DNA of 64,000 nucleotides from Nitrospirota bacterium (GTDB taxonomy: Bacteria > Nitrospirota > Thermodesulfovibrionia > Thermodesulfovibrionales > Dissulfurispiraceae). Where the stretch lies: positions 1,088,001 through 1,152,000 of the forward strand of contig CAWBMP010000004.1 of NCBI GenBank assembly GCA_963790025.1, read 5' to 3'. Numbering within the stretch: position 1 is the stretch's first letter; each line of letters opens with the position of its first letter. Both the position numbers and the translations under genes were made by a program. This document shows positions 50,377-60,104 of this stretch, one piece after another. The notes beneath the pieces are model-generated. The model was not told where the DNA came from and did not search any database. It saw nothing but the letters and a program-made list of their open reading frames with translations.

Positions 50377-51489
50377 TTAAGCCGAAAACAGATCTTTCAG
50401 CTTGTTCTTGAATCCCTTTGAATCTTCGTGCGTTTCACTTCCTATACTCGCAAACTCCTCGAGCAGTTCTTTTTGCCGCGGAGTAAGCTTTTTCGGGACA
50501 TCAATGTACACGCTGATTATCTGGTCTCCCCTCTGGTGGGTCCCAAGCCTGGGGATCCCCTTACCCTTAAGATGAAAACTCTTCCCTGACTGAGTGCCGG
50601 GAGGGACCTTGAGCTTTGCGGTGCCGTCGAGTGTGGGGACTTCTATTTCCGCCCCGAAAACGGCCTTTGGGAATGCAAGGGGCACCTGACAGTAAATATT
50701 GATGTCTTCGCGCTTGAAAAATGAATGCTCCTCAACAGTGAGGACGACATAAAGATCACCGGGAGGCCCGCCATAGCTGCCAAAATCTCCCTCGCCGGTT
50801 AATTTCAGGCGCGAGCCGTTATCAACACCCGCTGGAATCTTTATCGACATCTCTTTTTGAACTTTAATCTTCCCGTTGCCATTGCAATTCCTGCATGGAT
50901 TGGTGATAACCTTGCCTGTTCCGTTGCACTTACCGCAGGTCTTTGAAACACTGAAAAATCCCTGCTGAAAACGTATGTGCCCCGTTCCCTGGCACTGGGT
51001 GCATGTGACCGGAGGCTTGCCCGGCTCCGAACCCATACCGCCGCACACGTCGCAAGACTGCCATCGCGGGATCTTTATCGTTTTTTCTATGCCAAAGGCA
51101 GATTCTTCGAGGGTCATGGTAAGGTTATAACGAAGGTCTGAGCCTTTTGTAGCCTTAGCCTTTTTAAAGCCGCCAAAAGAGCCGAAAAAGTCATCAAAGA
51201 TGTCCTCAAAAATATCACCGAAGGGTGCCCCGGCGCCGAAACCGCCAAAGCCTGCTCCTGCACTCGGGCCGAATCCTTCAGATGTGCCGTATTGATCGTA
51301 ATGAGCGCGTTTTGCAGGATCACCAAGGCAGGTATAGGCCTCGTTTATCTCTTTAAATTTTTCCTCGGAAGCCTTATCACCCTGATTCCGATCAGGATGG
51401 TGCTTCAATGCGAGCTGCCTGAATGCCTTCTTTATGTCTTCCTGGGAAGTATCGCGGCTGACTCCCAGGACCTTATAGTAATCCTTCAT
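50377..51489 (-). CDS. dnaJ: Chaperone DnaJ
   Basis: J domain HPD, G/F region, 4x CxxCxGxG. Confidence 0.98.
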   Translation of the reverse strand: MKDYYKVLGVSRDTSQEDIKKAFRQLALKHHPDRNQGDKASEEKFKEINEAYTCLGDPAKRAHYDQYGTSEGFGPSAGAGFGGFGAGAPFGDIFEDIFDDFFGSFGGFKKAKATKGSDLRYNLTMTLEESAFGIEKTIKIPRWQSCDVCGGMGSEPGKPPVTCTQCQGTGHIRFQQGFFSVSKTCGKCNGTGKVITNPCRNCNGNGKIKVQKEMSIKIPAGVDNGSRLKLTGEGDFGSYGGPPGDLYVVLTVEEHSFFKREDINIYCQVPLAFPKAVFGAEIEVPTLDGTAKLKVPPGTQSGKSFHLKGKGIPRLGTHQRGDQIISVYIDVPKKLTPRQKELLEEFASIGSETHEDSKGFKNKLKDLFSA

Positions 51490-51594
51490 TTGTCCATGTA
51501 CCATTATCGTAAATGCCAAAAAAAATTATAACACAAAAGAGGCAAAAGGCTAAAGGACAATGGCCCTTTGCCTTTTGCCTTCTTATACTTTTCT

Positions 51595-53514
51595 TTACTT
51601 GTTTTTGTTTTTATCTACGTCTTCGAACTCGGCTTCGACAACCTCTTCCTCAGGAGCCTTTGCCTTGGCCCCTCCGCCGTCAGCTTCAGGGCCGCTGCCC
51701 GGCTGTCCCTGGGCCTTATATACATGTTCAGCGATCTTGTAGGACACCTTCGTCAACTCATCAATCGCAGCACGCATTTCCGAAGTGTCCGTGCCGGCAT
51801 CCTTTGCCCGCCTGCATTTCTCCAGGGCAGTCTCTATGTCCTTCTTTTCATCATCTGTAATCTTGTCGCCGTAATCCTTGAGCGATTTCTCGACGGAATA
51901 GACAAGCGTGTCAGCCTGGTTCCTTACTTCGACGAGTTCTTTTTTCTTTCTATCCTCTTCTGCATGGGACTCCGCATCACGCACCATCTTCTTTACTTCT
52001 TCCTCAGAGAGGCCGCTAGACGCGGTGATCTTTATGGATTGCTCTTTGCCGGTGCCGAGGTCCTTGGCCGATACATGGAGAATACCGTTTGCATCAATAT
52101 CGAACGTGACCTCTATCTGCGGCATGCCGCGGGGGGCCGGCGGAATGCCCACAAGTTCGAACACGCCAAGCAGCTTGTTGTCAGCAGCCATTTCACGTTC
52201 ACCCTGATGTATTTTTATAGTCACTGCCGGCTGGCTGTCCGAAGCAGTGGAAAAGATTTGCGACTTCTTGGTAGGGATGGTCGAATTCCTTTCTATGATC
52301 TTGGTAAAAACACCGCCGAGGGTCTCGATACCGAGCGAAAGAGGGGTCACGTCGAGGAGCAATACATCCTTGACCTCTCCTTTCAGAACAGCTCCCTGGA
52401 TTGCGGCGCCTACGGCCACCACTTCATCAGGATTCACCGACCTGTTAGGCTCTTTGCCGAAATAGCCCTGAACGACCTCCTGCACTTTAGGGGTCCTCGT
52501 CTGCCCGCCAACGAGTATGACTTCATCTATATCGCTTTGGGAGAATTTAGCATCTGAAAGCGCTTTTTTGCAGGGCTCAATTGTTTTCTGGACAAGGTCA
52601 TCTGTAAGCTGCTCGAGCTTGGCCCTCGACAATTTCATCAGCAGATGTTTCGGCCCTGTGGCATCGGCCGTGATAAAAGGAAGATTTATCTCCGTCTCCG
52701 ACGCTGTGGAAAGCTCGATCTTGGCCCGCTCAGCTCCTTCCTTGAGTCTCTGGAGCGCCATCTTGTCCTGCCGCAGATCAATGCCCTGCTCTTTCTTAAA
52801 CTCATCAACCAGCCAGTCGATAATCCTCAGGTCAAAATCATCACCGCCCAGGTACGTATCGCCATTGGTGGCCTTTACTTCGATAACGCCTTCTCCGATT
52901 CCGAGAATCGAGATATCGAACGTTCCTCCACCCAGGTCATAAACAGCCACCTCTTCTTCCTTCTTTTTTTCGAGTCCATAAGCAAGCGCCGCAGCTGTGG
53001 GCTCGTTGATGATCCTCAGGACATTGAGTCCCGCAATCTGTCCGGCGTCTTTTGTTGCCTGCCGCTGGCTGTCGTCAAAATATGCCGGCACGGTAATGAC
53101 CGCTTCAGTAACAGTCTCGCCGAGATAATCCTCAGCCGCCTGTTTCAGCTTTTGAAGTATCATGGCGGAAATCTCCGGCGGCGAATAATGTTTGCCCCTT
53201 ATGTCAACATGGGCATCCCCGTTTGCAGCTTCCACTATCTTATAAGGAAGCCTCTTCCTCGCATGTTCAACCTGCGGGGTATTGTACTTTCTTCCCATAA
53301 GTCTTTTTATTGAATATATAGTATTTTCTGGATTAGTGATGGATTGACGTTTTGCTATCTGCCCCACAAGCCGTTCCCCTTTTTCGCTAAACGCCACCAC
53401 AGAGGGAGTTGTCCTTGTCCCCTCCTGGTTGGGAATCACTACCGGCTCTCCACCCATCACTACCGATACCACCGAATTTGTTGTGCCGAGGTCTATACCT
53501 ATTGCCTTACCCAT
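51595..53514 (-). CDS. dnaK: Chaperone DnaK
   Basis: [17 protein letters not shown], full Hsp70 signatures. Confidence 0.99.
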   Translation of the reverse strand: MGKAIGIDLGTTNSVVSVVMGGEPVVIPNQEGTRTTPSVVAFSEKGERLVGQIAKRQSITNPENTIYSIKRLMGRKYNTPQVEHARKRLPYKIVEAANGDAHVDIRGKHYSPPEISAMILQKLKQAAEDYLGETVTEAVITVPAYFDDSQRQATKDAGQIAGLNVLRIINEPTAAALAYGLEKKKEEEVAVYDLGGGTFDISILGIGEGVIEVKATNGDTYLGGDDFDLRIIDWLVDEFKKEQGIDLRQDKMALQRLKEGAERAKIELSTASETEINLPFITADATGPKHLLMKLSRAKLEQLTDDLVQKTIEPCKKALSDAKFSQSDIDEVILVGGQTRTPKVQEVVQGYFGKEPNRSVNPDEVVAVGAAIQGAVLKGEVKDVLLLDVTPLSLGIETLGGVFTKIIERNSTIPTKKSQIFSTASDSQPAVTIKIHQGEREMAADNKLLGVFELVGIPPAPRGMPQIEVTFDIDANGILHVSAKDLGTGKEQSIKITASSGLSEEEVKKMVRDAESHAEEDRKKKELVEVRNQADTLVYSVEKSLKDYGDKITDDEKKDIETALEKCRRAKDAGTDTSEMRAAIDELTKVSYKIAEHVYKAQGQPGSGPEADGGGAKAKAPEEEVVEAEFEDVDKNKNK

Positions 53515-53605
53515 TGCATCCTCCTCTTTATAAAATTTTTAATGTTAACTTATTAAACTTTTCATTAATTCAACATCCGGTATTTAACACTTAACATTCT
53601 TAAAT

Positions 53606-54160
53606 TTACTCTTTTTTTGAAACAGCGACAAGCGAGGGGCGTAATACCTTTTCTTTGTAAAGGTACCCTTTCCGAAACTCTTCGACAACCGTGTTACTTT
53701 CCACATCAGATCGGGTCACCTGTGACATGGCATGATGATATGCGGGATCAAAGTGTTTATTAAGGGCCTCAATCGCGGCAACTCCAAATTTCTCGAGTGT
53801 CCTGTTCATCTCCCTCAGGGTATTTTCCACGCCCTGTGCAAGACAATTCGAAGCCTCAAGGCCTCCCTCACAGGCATGCTTTAATGCCATTTCAAGGTTA
53901 TCTATAACCGGCAGCAGTTCATATAGCATTGATTCGTTGGCGTATTTTATAAGCTCCTCTTTGTCTTTCTGGATCTTTTTCTTATAATTGTCGAACTCTG
54001 CATAAAGCCTTAAATATTTATTTTTCGTATTTTCGAGTTCAGTCTGTATTAATTCAACAGTTTCCACGGATTTGTCTTCAAGTTCGGTAGAAGCTCCTGC
54101 TTCTCCAGTTTTCACTGCCTGCTCACTTACAGACTCCGGCACTTCTCTGTCTTTATCCAT
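53606..54160 (-). CDS. grpE: Nucleotide exchange factor GrpE
   Basis: AEFDNYKK, LLPVIDNL, FDPAYHHAM, KGY...LRP. Confidence 0.97.
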   Translation of the reverse strand: MDKDREVPESVSEQAVKTGEAGASTELEDKSVETVELIQTELENTKNKYLRLYAEFDNYKKKIQKDKEELIKYANESMLYELLPVIDNLEMALKHACEGGLEASNCLAQGVENTLREMNRTLEKFGVAAIEALNKHFDPAYHHAMSQVTRSDVESNTVVEEFRKGYLYKEKVLRPSLVAVSKKE

Positions 54161-54179
54161 CTAATACACCTCCCTGGCC

Positions 54180-55217
54180 CTAACTCCCCAAAGTTTTACT
54201 TATACACTGTGCTACCATATCGACCATAGAAATAGCTTTTGAATAATTCATCCTCTTCGGACCGATCAGGGCTATAACACCCATGGGCCTCTCGCCCTCT
54301 TTATATGTCGCAGTCACCAAGCTCAACCCCTTGAGATCCTCAACCGGATTTTCATTCCCAATAACCACTCTGACACCCCCAATGTCTGAAAACTCTTCGA
54401 GAAGCTTCAGCATTACATGCTTGTCCTTGATGGCCCTCGACAGTTCTTTAATATGTGCTATATCGGAAAAGTCCGGAAGGTCCATCACATCGTATAAGCC
54501 CGAAATAAAAACATCATCTTCTGCAAAGTGCAGCGCCTGCTCACAAATTTCAATAGCTTTGGAAACAAGCCTGTCCCACAATACTTTCTCGTATTTGATG
54601 CGTTTCACCAGTGTTTTCTTTATTTCATCAAGGGAGCAGCCTGCGTATTCCGTATTTATGTAATCCGCTATCCTGTTAAGGTCGTCCTGCGTCATGTCTT
54701 CCTGTACGGTCAGCATTCTGTTCCTGAAAACGCCCTCATCTGTAAGAAGTATGACAACAACAATATTACTTCTGTATTTGATTAATTCTATTCTCTTGAA
54801 AGTAGTCATCTCCGGCTTTGGCGGAAGCGCGATACCGACATAATTCGACATAGTTGAAAGCGTAGTAGTCACTTCCGAAAACATCACCGATATATCGTCC
54901 TTTATCGCTTCCAGTTTCCTGCTGAATTGCCTTACAAACTCCTTTGACTGATCATTCTGCGCCCTTGATTCTTCGACAACAGGGATGGAGTCCACAAAAA
55001 ACCGGTATCCTTTATCCGTCGGGACCCTGCCCGCCGAGGTATGAGGCTGGCTCAAAAACCCGAATTCCTCAAGATCCGCCATTATATTCCTTATAGTTGC
55101 CGGCGAGCACCCTATGGAATATTTTTTAGTAATAAACCGGGACCCCACCGGTTCAGGATTATTTATATAACTCTGGACCACTGCATGAAGGACCTGCTTG
55201 CTTCTTTTATCAAGCAT
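54180..55217 (-). CDS. hrcA: Heat-inducible transcription repressor HrcA
   Basis: EPVGS, SPATIRN, QPHTSAGRVPT, IGPKRMNY. Confidence 0.97.
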   Translation of the reverse strand: MLDKRSKQVLHAVVQSYINNPEPVGSRFITKKYSIGCSPATIRNIMADLEEFGFLSQPHTSAGRVPTDKGYRFFVDSIPVVEESRAQNDQSKEFVRQFSRKLEAIKDDISVMFSEVTTTLSTMSNYVGIALPPKPEMTTFKRIELIKYRSNIVVVILLTDEGVFRNRMLTVQEDMTQDDLNRIADYINTEYAGCSLDEIKKTLVKRIKYEKVLWDRLVSKAIEICEQALHFAEDDVFISGLYDVMDLPDFSDIAHIKELSRAIKDKHVMLKLLEEFSDIGGVRVVIGNENPVEDLKGLSLVTATYKEGERPMGVIALIGPKRMNYSKAISMVDMVAQCISKTLGS

Positions 55218-55349
55218 ATCAAATATCATACCAACATACACCTCTCAACAAAGCGTGCTGCTTTCAGGGTACTGCGTTCTGCTTCAAAAAACGACAATTT
55301 TTTTAATTTTTTAACTCTGTACGCAGTACACTGTACGCTCTAACGCTTT

Positions 55350-55376
55350 TTAGCACTCTCACTCCTTGAGTGCTAA
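55350..55376. promoter_or_regulatory. CIRCE element (HrcA operator)
   Basis: Perfect TTAGCACTC-N9-GAGTGCTAA upstream of hrcA. Confidence 0.98.
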
Positions 55377-55381
55377 TAAAT

Positions 55382-55411
55382 AATTTAACAGTTAGCTGCC
55401 GCACCTGTCAA
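55382..55411 (-). promoter_or_regulatory. sigma70 promoter of the hrcA operon
   Basis: Minus-strand TTGACA...TGTTAAATT immediately upstream of CIRCE. Confidence 0.7.
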
Positions 55412-55594
55412 GTTTAACGGATAGTTCAACAGAAAGGTTAAAGGTAAAAGGTCAAGGGTTAAAGGGCAGGACAGAAAATAAAACAGACTTTTCAAAAAGT
55501 TATAAATCCCGATCACGCCAAAAGATGACATTGACAGCATGCAATGTATGAGGCAGGCTTGATTCTTTTGCCTTTAGCCTTTCGCCTTTTCTTT

Positions 55595-56431
55595 TTACCA
55601 CTGCAGCTTTCTTTGCATCAGTTTATCATACATTTTGGGCGGCATAAACGCCTGGTGGTGTATTTCATCACTGTAATATTTCGTGTCTATAGTATAAGGC
55701 CTTCTGATGTTCCTCATGTCGTGTTTCTTTGATGCAGCCGAAAACGTCCACCAGTTGCCGGCATACGTTGCGATCGGGGCTGTGTAAAGGTCAACAGTCG
55801 GGAAAATAAGCCTCATGGCCTCCTGGACCTCTATGACAATGTCCTTATGAAAATGGAGTGATTCCGAAAGGGTCACAAACATTCCTTCCTCTGTGAGACA
55901 ATCCTTGACCGACTTGAAGAACTCCACTGTGAACAGACTTTTTGCGAACCCGATGATATCGGTCGAATCGACAATGACCACATCAATATCAGAATCCCTG
56001 CCCTTCACAAATTCTGCGCCGTCCATGCATTTTATCTCAACCCTGCTATCGTCAACTCCGCAGGCTACAGAAGGGAAAAATTTTCTGGAGACATTGATCA
56101 CTTCTTCATCAATCTCAACAAAATAAACCTTTTCCACCGAAGCATGCTTCAGTACCTCTCGCACTGCTCCTCCGTCACCGCCGCCGATCACAATAACATT
56201 CCGCGGACTGGGATGCGCATGCATTAGTATGTGCACCAGCATTTCATGGTAGAAAAACTCGTCGCGTTCGGTTATCTGTATTACATCGTCCAAAACAAGT
56301 ATCTTTCCGAAATACGGGTTCTCAATGACCATTATTTCCTGAAAGTCGCTTTTGCTCTTATGCAGCACCTTCTCCACACCGTACACATATTGTATCGGAG
56401 CATATGGGTCCTTCTCGAAAAACTTAATCAT
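55595..56431 (-). CDS. speE: Spermidine synthase (polyamine aminopropyltransferase)
   Basis: DEFFYHEM, IGGGDGG, VEID, IVDSTD. Confidence 0.95.
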   Translation of the reverse strand: MIKFFEKDPYAPIQYVYGVEKVLHKSKSDFQEIMVIENPYFGKILVLDDVIQITERDEFFYHEMLVHILMHAHPSPRNVIVIGGGDGGAVREVLKHASVEKVYFVEIDEEVINVSRKFFPSVACGVDDSRVEIKCMDGAEFVKGRDSDIDVVIVDSTDIIGFAKSLFTVEFFKSVKDCLTEEGMFVTLSESLHFHKDIVIEVQEAMRLIFPTVDLYTAPIATYAGNWWTFSAASKKHDMRNIRRPYTIDTKYYSDEIHHQAFMPPKMYDKLMQRKLQW

Positions 56432-56464
56432 AAATATAGCCTCCCTTTTAGAACTCAAACAGTA

Positions 56465-56657
56465 AAACGTGTAATGAAGGATATGTCTCTTCCGCTCAGG
56501 CGCTGCGTCTTGACAGTTCTAACGGCTCGTCACGCTACAGGCGCAAAATTCAGCCCTGCAGGCTTCAGTTTCGCGCCTGTTTAACGCTAACTTGCCGAGA
56601 ACTGTTGCCAAGCCTCCGCGATTCGCTCCAGAGAAATATCCTTCATTACACTCGTTT
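56465..56657. mobile_element. MITE/REP-like palindromic element between ODC and speE
   Basis: Terminal IR GTGTAATGAAGGATAT(G/T)TCTCT; inner stems ACAGTTCT/AGAACTGT and ACAGGCGC/GCGCCTGT. Confidence 0.75.
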
Positions 56658-57789
56658 AAATCAATATGGTTTTGGGTATCGAAAATCCATTAAATTCGGA
56701 GGCATAGGATATAGTGTAAGCACCGCTTGAGAGTATCAGTATGCGGTTGCCGATCTCAGGCTCAGGCAGCTTCACATTACGGTCTATAACGTCGAAGCTG
56801 TCGCAACTGGGACCTGCAATAGTCCATGCCTTTTCATCACTTCTGCTGCCCACAACATAGGTATATTTAATGCCGCCTATACTCTCCATCATGCCGTTAA
56901 ATACTCCCACATCAATATAAAGCCAGTTCTCATCTCCCCGCCGCACTTTTCCTATAACAGTTGACACAAAAACTCCCGCATCACCTACAACCGCCCTTCC
57001 CGGTTCTATGAATACGTCAATGTCATCGGGGAATTTCTGGTAGATGACCTTGTCCACTTTTTTTTCTATGGTTTCTATATCGACCACATTCTTTGTATAA
57101 CGGATAGGATAACCGCCGCCGATATTGAGCATGCTTAATGTAATGCCTTGCTGCCCCACGGTTTCCCACAAATCCCACGCCTTGTCCACCGCAATATTCC
57201 AGTTGTAGACATTATTGCACTGGGAGCCCACATGGAAGGTAATACCTATAGGGTTGAGTCCCTTTTCTTTTGCATAAACCAGCAGCACTTCCGCCTCATC
57301 CATTTCAACCCCGAACTTCTTGCTCAAGGGCCATTCGCTCCCCTCATTCGGAACAGACAATCTTACGTAGACATTGCAGCCGGGCGCATAACGGGCAAGC
57401 TTCTCGACTTCCATGGTAGAATCAAAAGCAAAATAATTCAACCCGTAATCAACGGCCTGTTCAAGAAACTTAAACGTCTTTACAGGATTACTGGTAATGA
57501 TCCTCTCCGGCCTCACGCCCAGAGAGGCGAGCATCTGAAGCTCGCCTTCGGAAGCAATCTCAAAACCTGTTTCCAGGCTATTCAGAAGCTTGAGCACTTC
57601 CCTGTCCGGATTTGCCTTAACCGCATAAAAGGTTTTCGAATTCCTGATGCCCTTACCGATCAGTGAGACCTTTTCGGTCACCACCTCACGGTCCATAAGC
57701 AAATAAGGCGGCATCTCGTCGCTCAGTGCAATATAATTGAGCACCTTAGTCCATGTCTTGCTGCTAATGCATTCAGGGGTTGTTTCCAC
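56656..57789 (-). CDS. Ornithine/lysine decarboxylase (fold type III PLP enzyme)
   Basis: FYAVKANP, KFG, FHVGSQ, IGGGY, EPGR, GPSCDSFD. Confidence 0.93.
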   Translation of the reverse strand: METTPECISSKTWTKVLNYIALSDEMPPYLLMDREVVTEKVSLIGKGIRNSKTFYAVKANPDREVLKLLNSLETGFEIASEGELQMLASLGVRPERIITSNPVKTFKFLEQAVDYGLNYFAFDSTMEVEKLARYAPGCNVYVRLSVPNEGSEWPLSKKFGVEMDEAEVLLVYAKEKGLNPIGITFHVGSQCNNVYNWNIAVDKAWDLWETVGQQGITLSMLNIGGGYPIRYTKNVVDIETIEKKVDKVIYQKFPDDIDVFIEPGRAVVGDAGVFVSTVIGKVRRGDENWLYIDVGVFNGMMESIGGIKYTYVVGSRSDEKAWTIAGPSCDSFDVIDRNVKLPEPEIGNRILILSSGAYTISYASEFNGFSIPKTILI

Positions 57790-57869
57790 AAGTCGCTCCG
57801 TAAAAAATCTGCACTTCCGAACAGTAGTACTGGCCGAAAATGCGAACGGCTACTATAAACCAAACGCAA

Positions 57870-58604
57870 CTACATTATACAATAGATCAAATACTCTATA
57901 TTCCCCTTCTGCCCGGTAATCGGCGACTGCATCGTCCCGATTATGTTCAGCCCCAGTGCTCCCAATTCTACTTTCACCTGCTCAACAGTGCGCTCGCGTT
58001 TCGCAGTATCTTTAATTACACCACCCTTGTCCACTTCGCCCTTTCCCACCTCGAACTGAGGCTTTATGAGGGCAATCATCTCACCCTCCGGCTGAAGGAA
58101 CTCAAGTACCTTCGGAACGACTTTGACAAGTGATATGAATGACACGTCAATAGTTACAAGGGCAATAGGATCCGGGATTTTTTCCCTTTCAAGGTGACGG
58201 ATATTGGCCCGCTCGATTATGACTATCCTCGGGTCCTGCCGCAGTTTCCACGCAAGCTGGCCGTAGCCGACGTCGATGCAATAAACTTTAGCAACGCCGT
58301 GTTGTAGCAGGCAGTCGGTGAAGCCCCCGGTAGATGCGCCTACATCCATCGCAACCTTGCCGCCCACTGATATATTAAAATTCGCGAGGGCCGCTTCCAA
58401 CTTGAGGCCGCCGCGGCTGACATAAGGGATTTCCCCGCCTCTTACCTCAACTGGCGCATCGGGCGCTACCATCGAACCCGCCTTTGTAACAGGCACACCG
58501 TTGACAAGGACTTTCCCTTCCATGATCAGCGCCCGAGCCCGCTCACGGCTAGACACTATGCCCCTGTCCACAACAATTTTATCAAGACGCTCTTTCATTG
58601 TCAT
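57870..58604 (-). CDS. tlyA: TlyA-family rRNA methyltransferase
   Basis: S4 domain, YVSRGGLKL, GASTGGFTD, KPQFE, GNIEY. Confidence 0.95.
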   Translation of the reverse strand: MTMKERLDKIVVDRGIVSSRERARALIMEGKVLVNGVPVTKAGSMVAPDAPVEVRGGEIPYVSRGGLKLEAALANFNISVGGKVAMDVGASTGGFTDCLLQHGVAKVYCIDVGYGQLAWKLRQDPRIVIIERANIRHLEREKIPDPIALVTIDVSFISLVKVVPKVLEFLQPEGEMIALIKPQFEVGKGEVDKGGVIKDTAKRERTVEQVKVELGALGLNIIGTMQSPITGQKGNIEYLIYCIM

Positions 58605-58685
58605 TTTTCAGAGAAATGTCTGAATAAAGACCTGACCCTCAGAGGTTGTTTTTTATGGATTTTGATATTAGATCAATCATAGCGT

Positions 58686-59522
58686 CTATTTCGTTGGGGT
58701 CGATTTTCCTAGTGCGTATATGCCTGTAAAACCGAGGTGTTCAATAGCTTTCTTTAAGTCAGCAGTAACATAGTTTGCCAGCAGCGCGTATTCATCAATT
58801 GACTGTTGCAGCCCCTGCGCTATTTCAATGATTTTAGAGCGAGATAAAAACAACTCGCCTCTCATTACAGCATCGAATTCATCTTCGGTGATTTGGATCG
58901 ACTCAAGGAATTCCTTCTTTTTGCTTATATCAAGTCTATTGATATCGGTTTTGAGCCGGTCCAGAAATTTTTGAGGCAATTCACCGGTAACCGACTGTGG
59001 ATATGAAGATGCCTTTTTTCTGGGTACGTATCGGAGCAAAGCAAGATACTCGTTGATTGGTTGGTCTAAGGCAGCAGCCAATTTTACAACGTCTCTTCTG
59101 CTGATAATAGCCTTTTCTGCCAGCATGCTAATAGCGTTTTCAATATAACCCTTCTCTGATATTTGCTTATTCTCCGCTATCAGCTTCTGGTAGTCCGATT
59201 TGACCTTCTGTATAAATTCATGCGTTATGCTTCCTCCAGAGGACCCCGGTATAGAGACGTATTGACGAATGCGCGGAGATGTCTCTGCAAGTTCTTTAGC
59301 CAGCAACATACGGTTTTCGAGGGCGATTAGTTCTGCATCCGTTGTGCTGAATTCCTTGGCTATTTTCTCAATCAGGTCAGTTCCAACCCGTCTCCGGGAT
59401 TTTTCAAACGGCATCTCGGCTTGCGAGATATGGTTTGGTGAGCAGCCCAGTCTATCTGCAAATTGTCTCTGGGTGAGGCCGGCTCCCTTCCTTATTTCTT
59501 TTATAATTTCATTAAGAGTCAT
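58686..59522 (-). CDS. XRE-family HTH regulator with duplicated C-terminal HTH-like domain
   Basis: IKEIRKGAGLTQRQFADRLGCSPNHISQAE; two repeats of F...K.D...SR......A..L.Q.I.EY..L..YV. Confidence 0.85.
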   Translation of the reverse strand: MTLNEIIKEIRKGAGLTQRQFADRLGCSPNHISQAEMPFEKSRRRVGTDLIEKIAKEFSTTDAELIALENRMLLAKELAETSPRIRQYVSIPGSSGGSITHEFIQKVKSDYQKLIAENKQISEKGYIENAISMLAEKAIISRRDVVKLAAALDQPINEYLALLRYVPRKKASSYPQSVTGELPQKFLDRLKTDINRLDISKKKEFLESIQITEDEFDAVMRGELFLSRSKIIEIAQGLQQSIDEYALLANYVTADLKKAIEHLGFTGIYALGKSTPTK

Positions 59523-59637
59523 AGGTTATGGCTAATGTTAAGCGACCTTGAAGTCTACATTCCCGTTATAATTTTGCTTTGCCTGCTAATAGTAATTTAT
59601 TGTATTGTTTATAAAAAAATCAACCTTGATTGCGACC

Positions 59638-59700
59638 TTAATCACTACTTTTTAGTGATTAATTTTTCTCTTGACAAACTAACTCTCGGTTAGTTAGTAT
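59638..59700 (+). promoter_or_regulatory. sigma70 promoter with two inverted-repeat operators
   Basis: TTAATCACTA-N5-TAGTGATTAA (59638-59662); TTGACA 59671, AACTAAC-N5-GTTAGTT 59677-59695, TAGTAT 59695-59700. Confidence 0.7.
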
Positions 59701-59744
59701 GTAGGCGAGTGGTTTTAAAACGGAGGTATTCAAAAGGAGGGAAC

Positions 59745-60005
59745 ATGAAAAAACATTTTTCTAATCCGCTTAAGGTTACAATAATGGTAGTTTTGCTGCT
59801 TTTCTTGTTTTCCGCCGGGGCCCCTAGCAATAAATACGCAAAAAATGGCACGGGCATTGTCTACTACTCGCAATACCCGACCGGAGGCACTGAGAAAAAC
59901 AATTCAGGACTTATCGCGTTCGACAGGGGTCATCAATGCCTGAAAGACGATACCGGCACAACTATGTGCTCAAACGTCTTGGGCAGCGGGAACAATAATA
60001 AGTAA
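59745..60005 (+). CDS. Small secreted hypothetical protein (86 aa)
   Basis: AAGGAGG SD, signal peptide ending FSAGA, G/N/T-rich mature part with two Cys. Confidence 0.65.
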   Translation: MKKHFSNPLKVTIMVVLLLFLFSAGAPSNKYAKNGTGIVYYSQYPTGGTEKNNSGLIAFDRGHQCLKDDTGTTMCSNVLGSGNNNK

Positions 60006-60051
60006 TCATAATTAAGAAATACAAAATATCAAAAAAAGAGACCATTCGACG

Positions 60052-60080
60052 AGAAATATGGGGATTGTCCCCATATTTCT
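60052..60080. terminator. 13-bp perfect hairpin between convergent genes (terminator or REP-like)
   Basis: AGAAATATGGGGA-TTG-TCCCCATATTTCT. Confidence 0.6.
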
Positions 60081-60104
60081 TAAAAAGCCAAAGAGCATCC
60101 TAAT

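Noticed and set aside
51568..53313. Long + strand ORFs (329 and 222 aa) opposite dnaK
   Set aside because: Antisense open frames are a familiar codon-bias artefact of dnaK; no independent signal.
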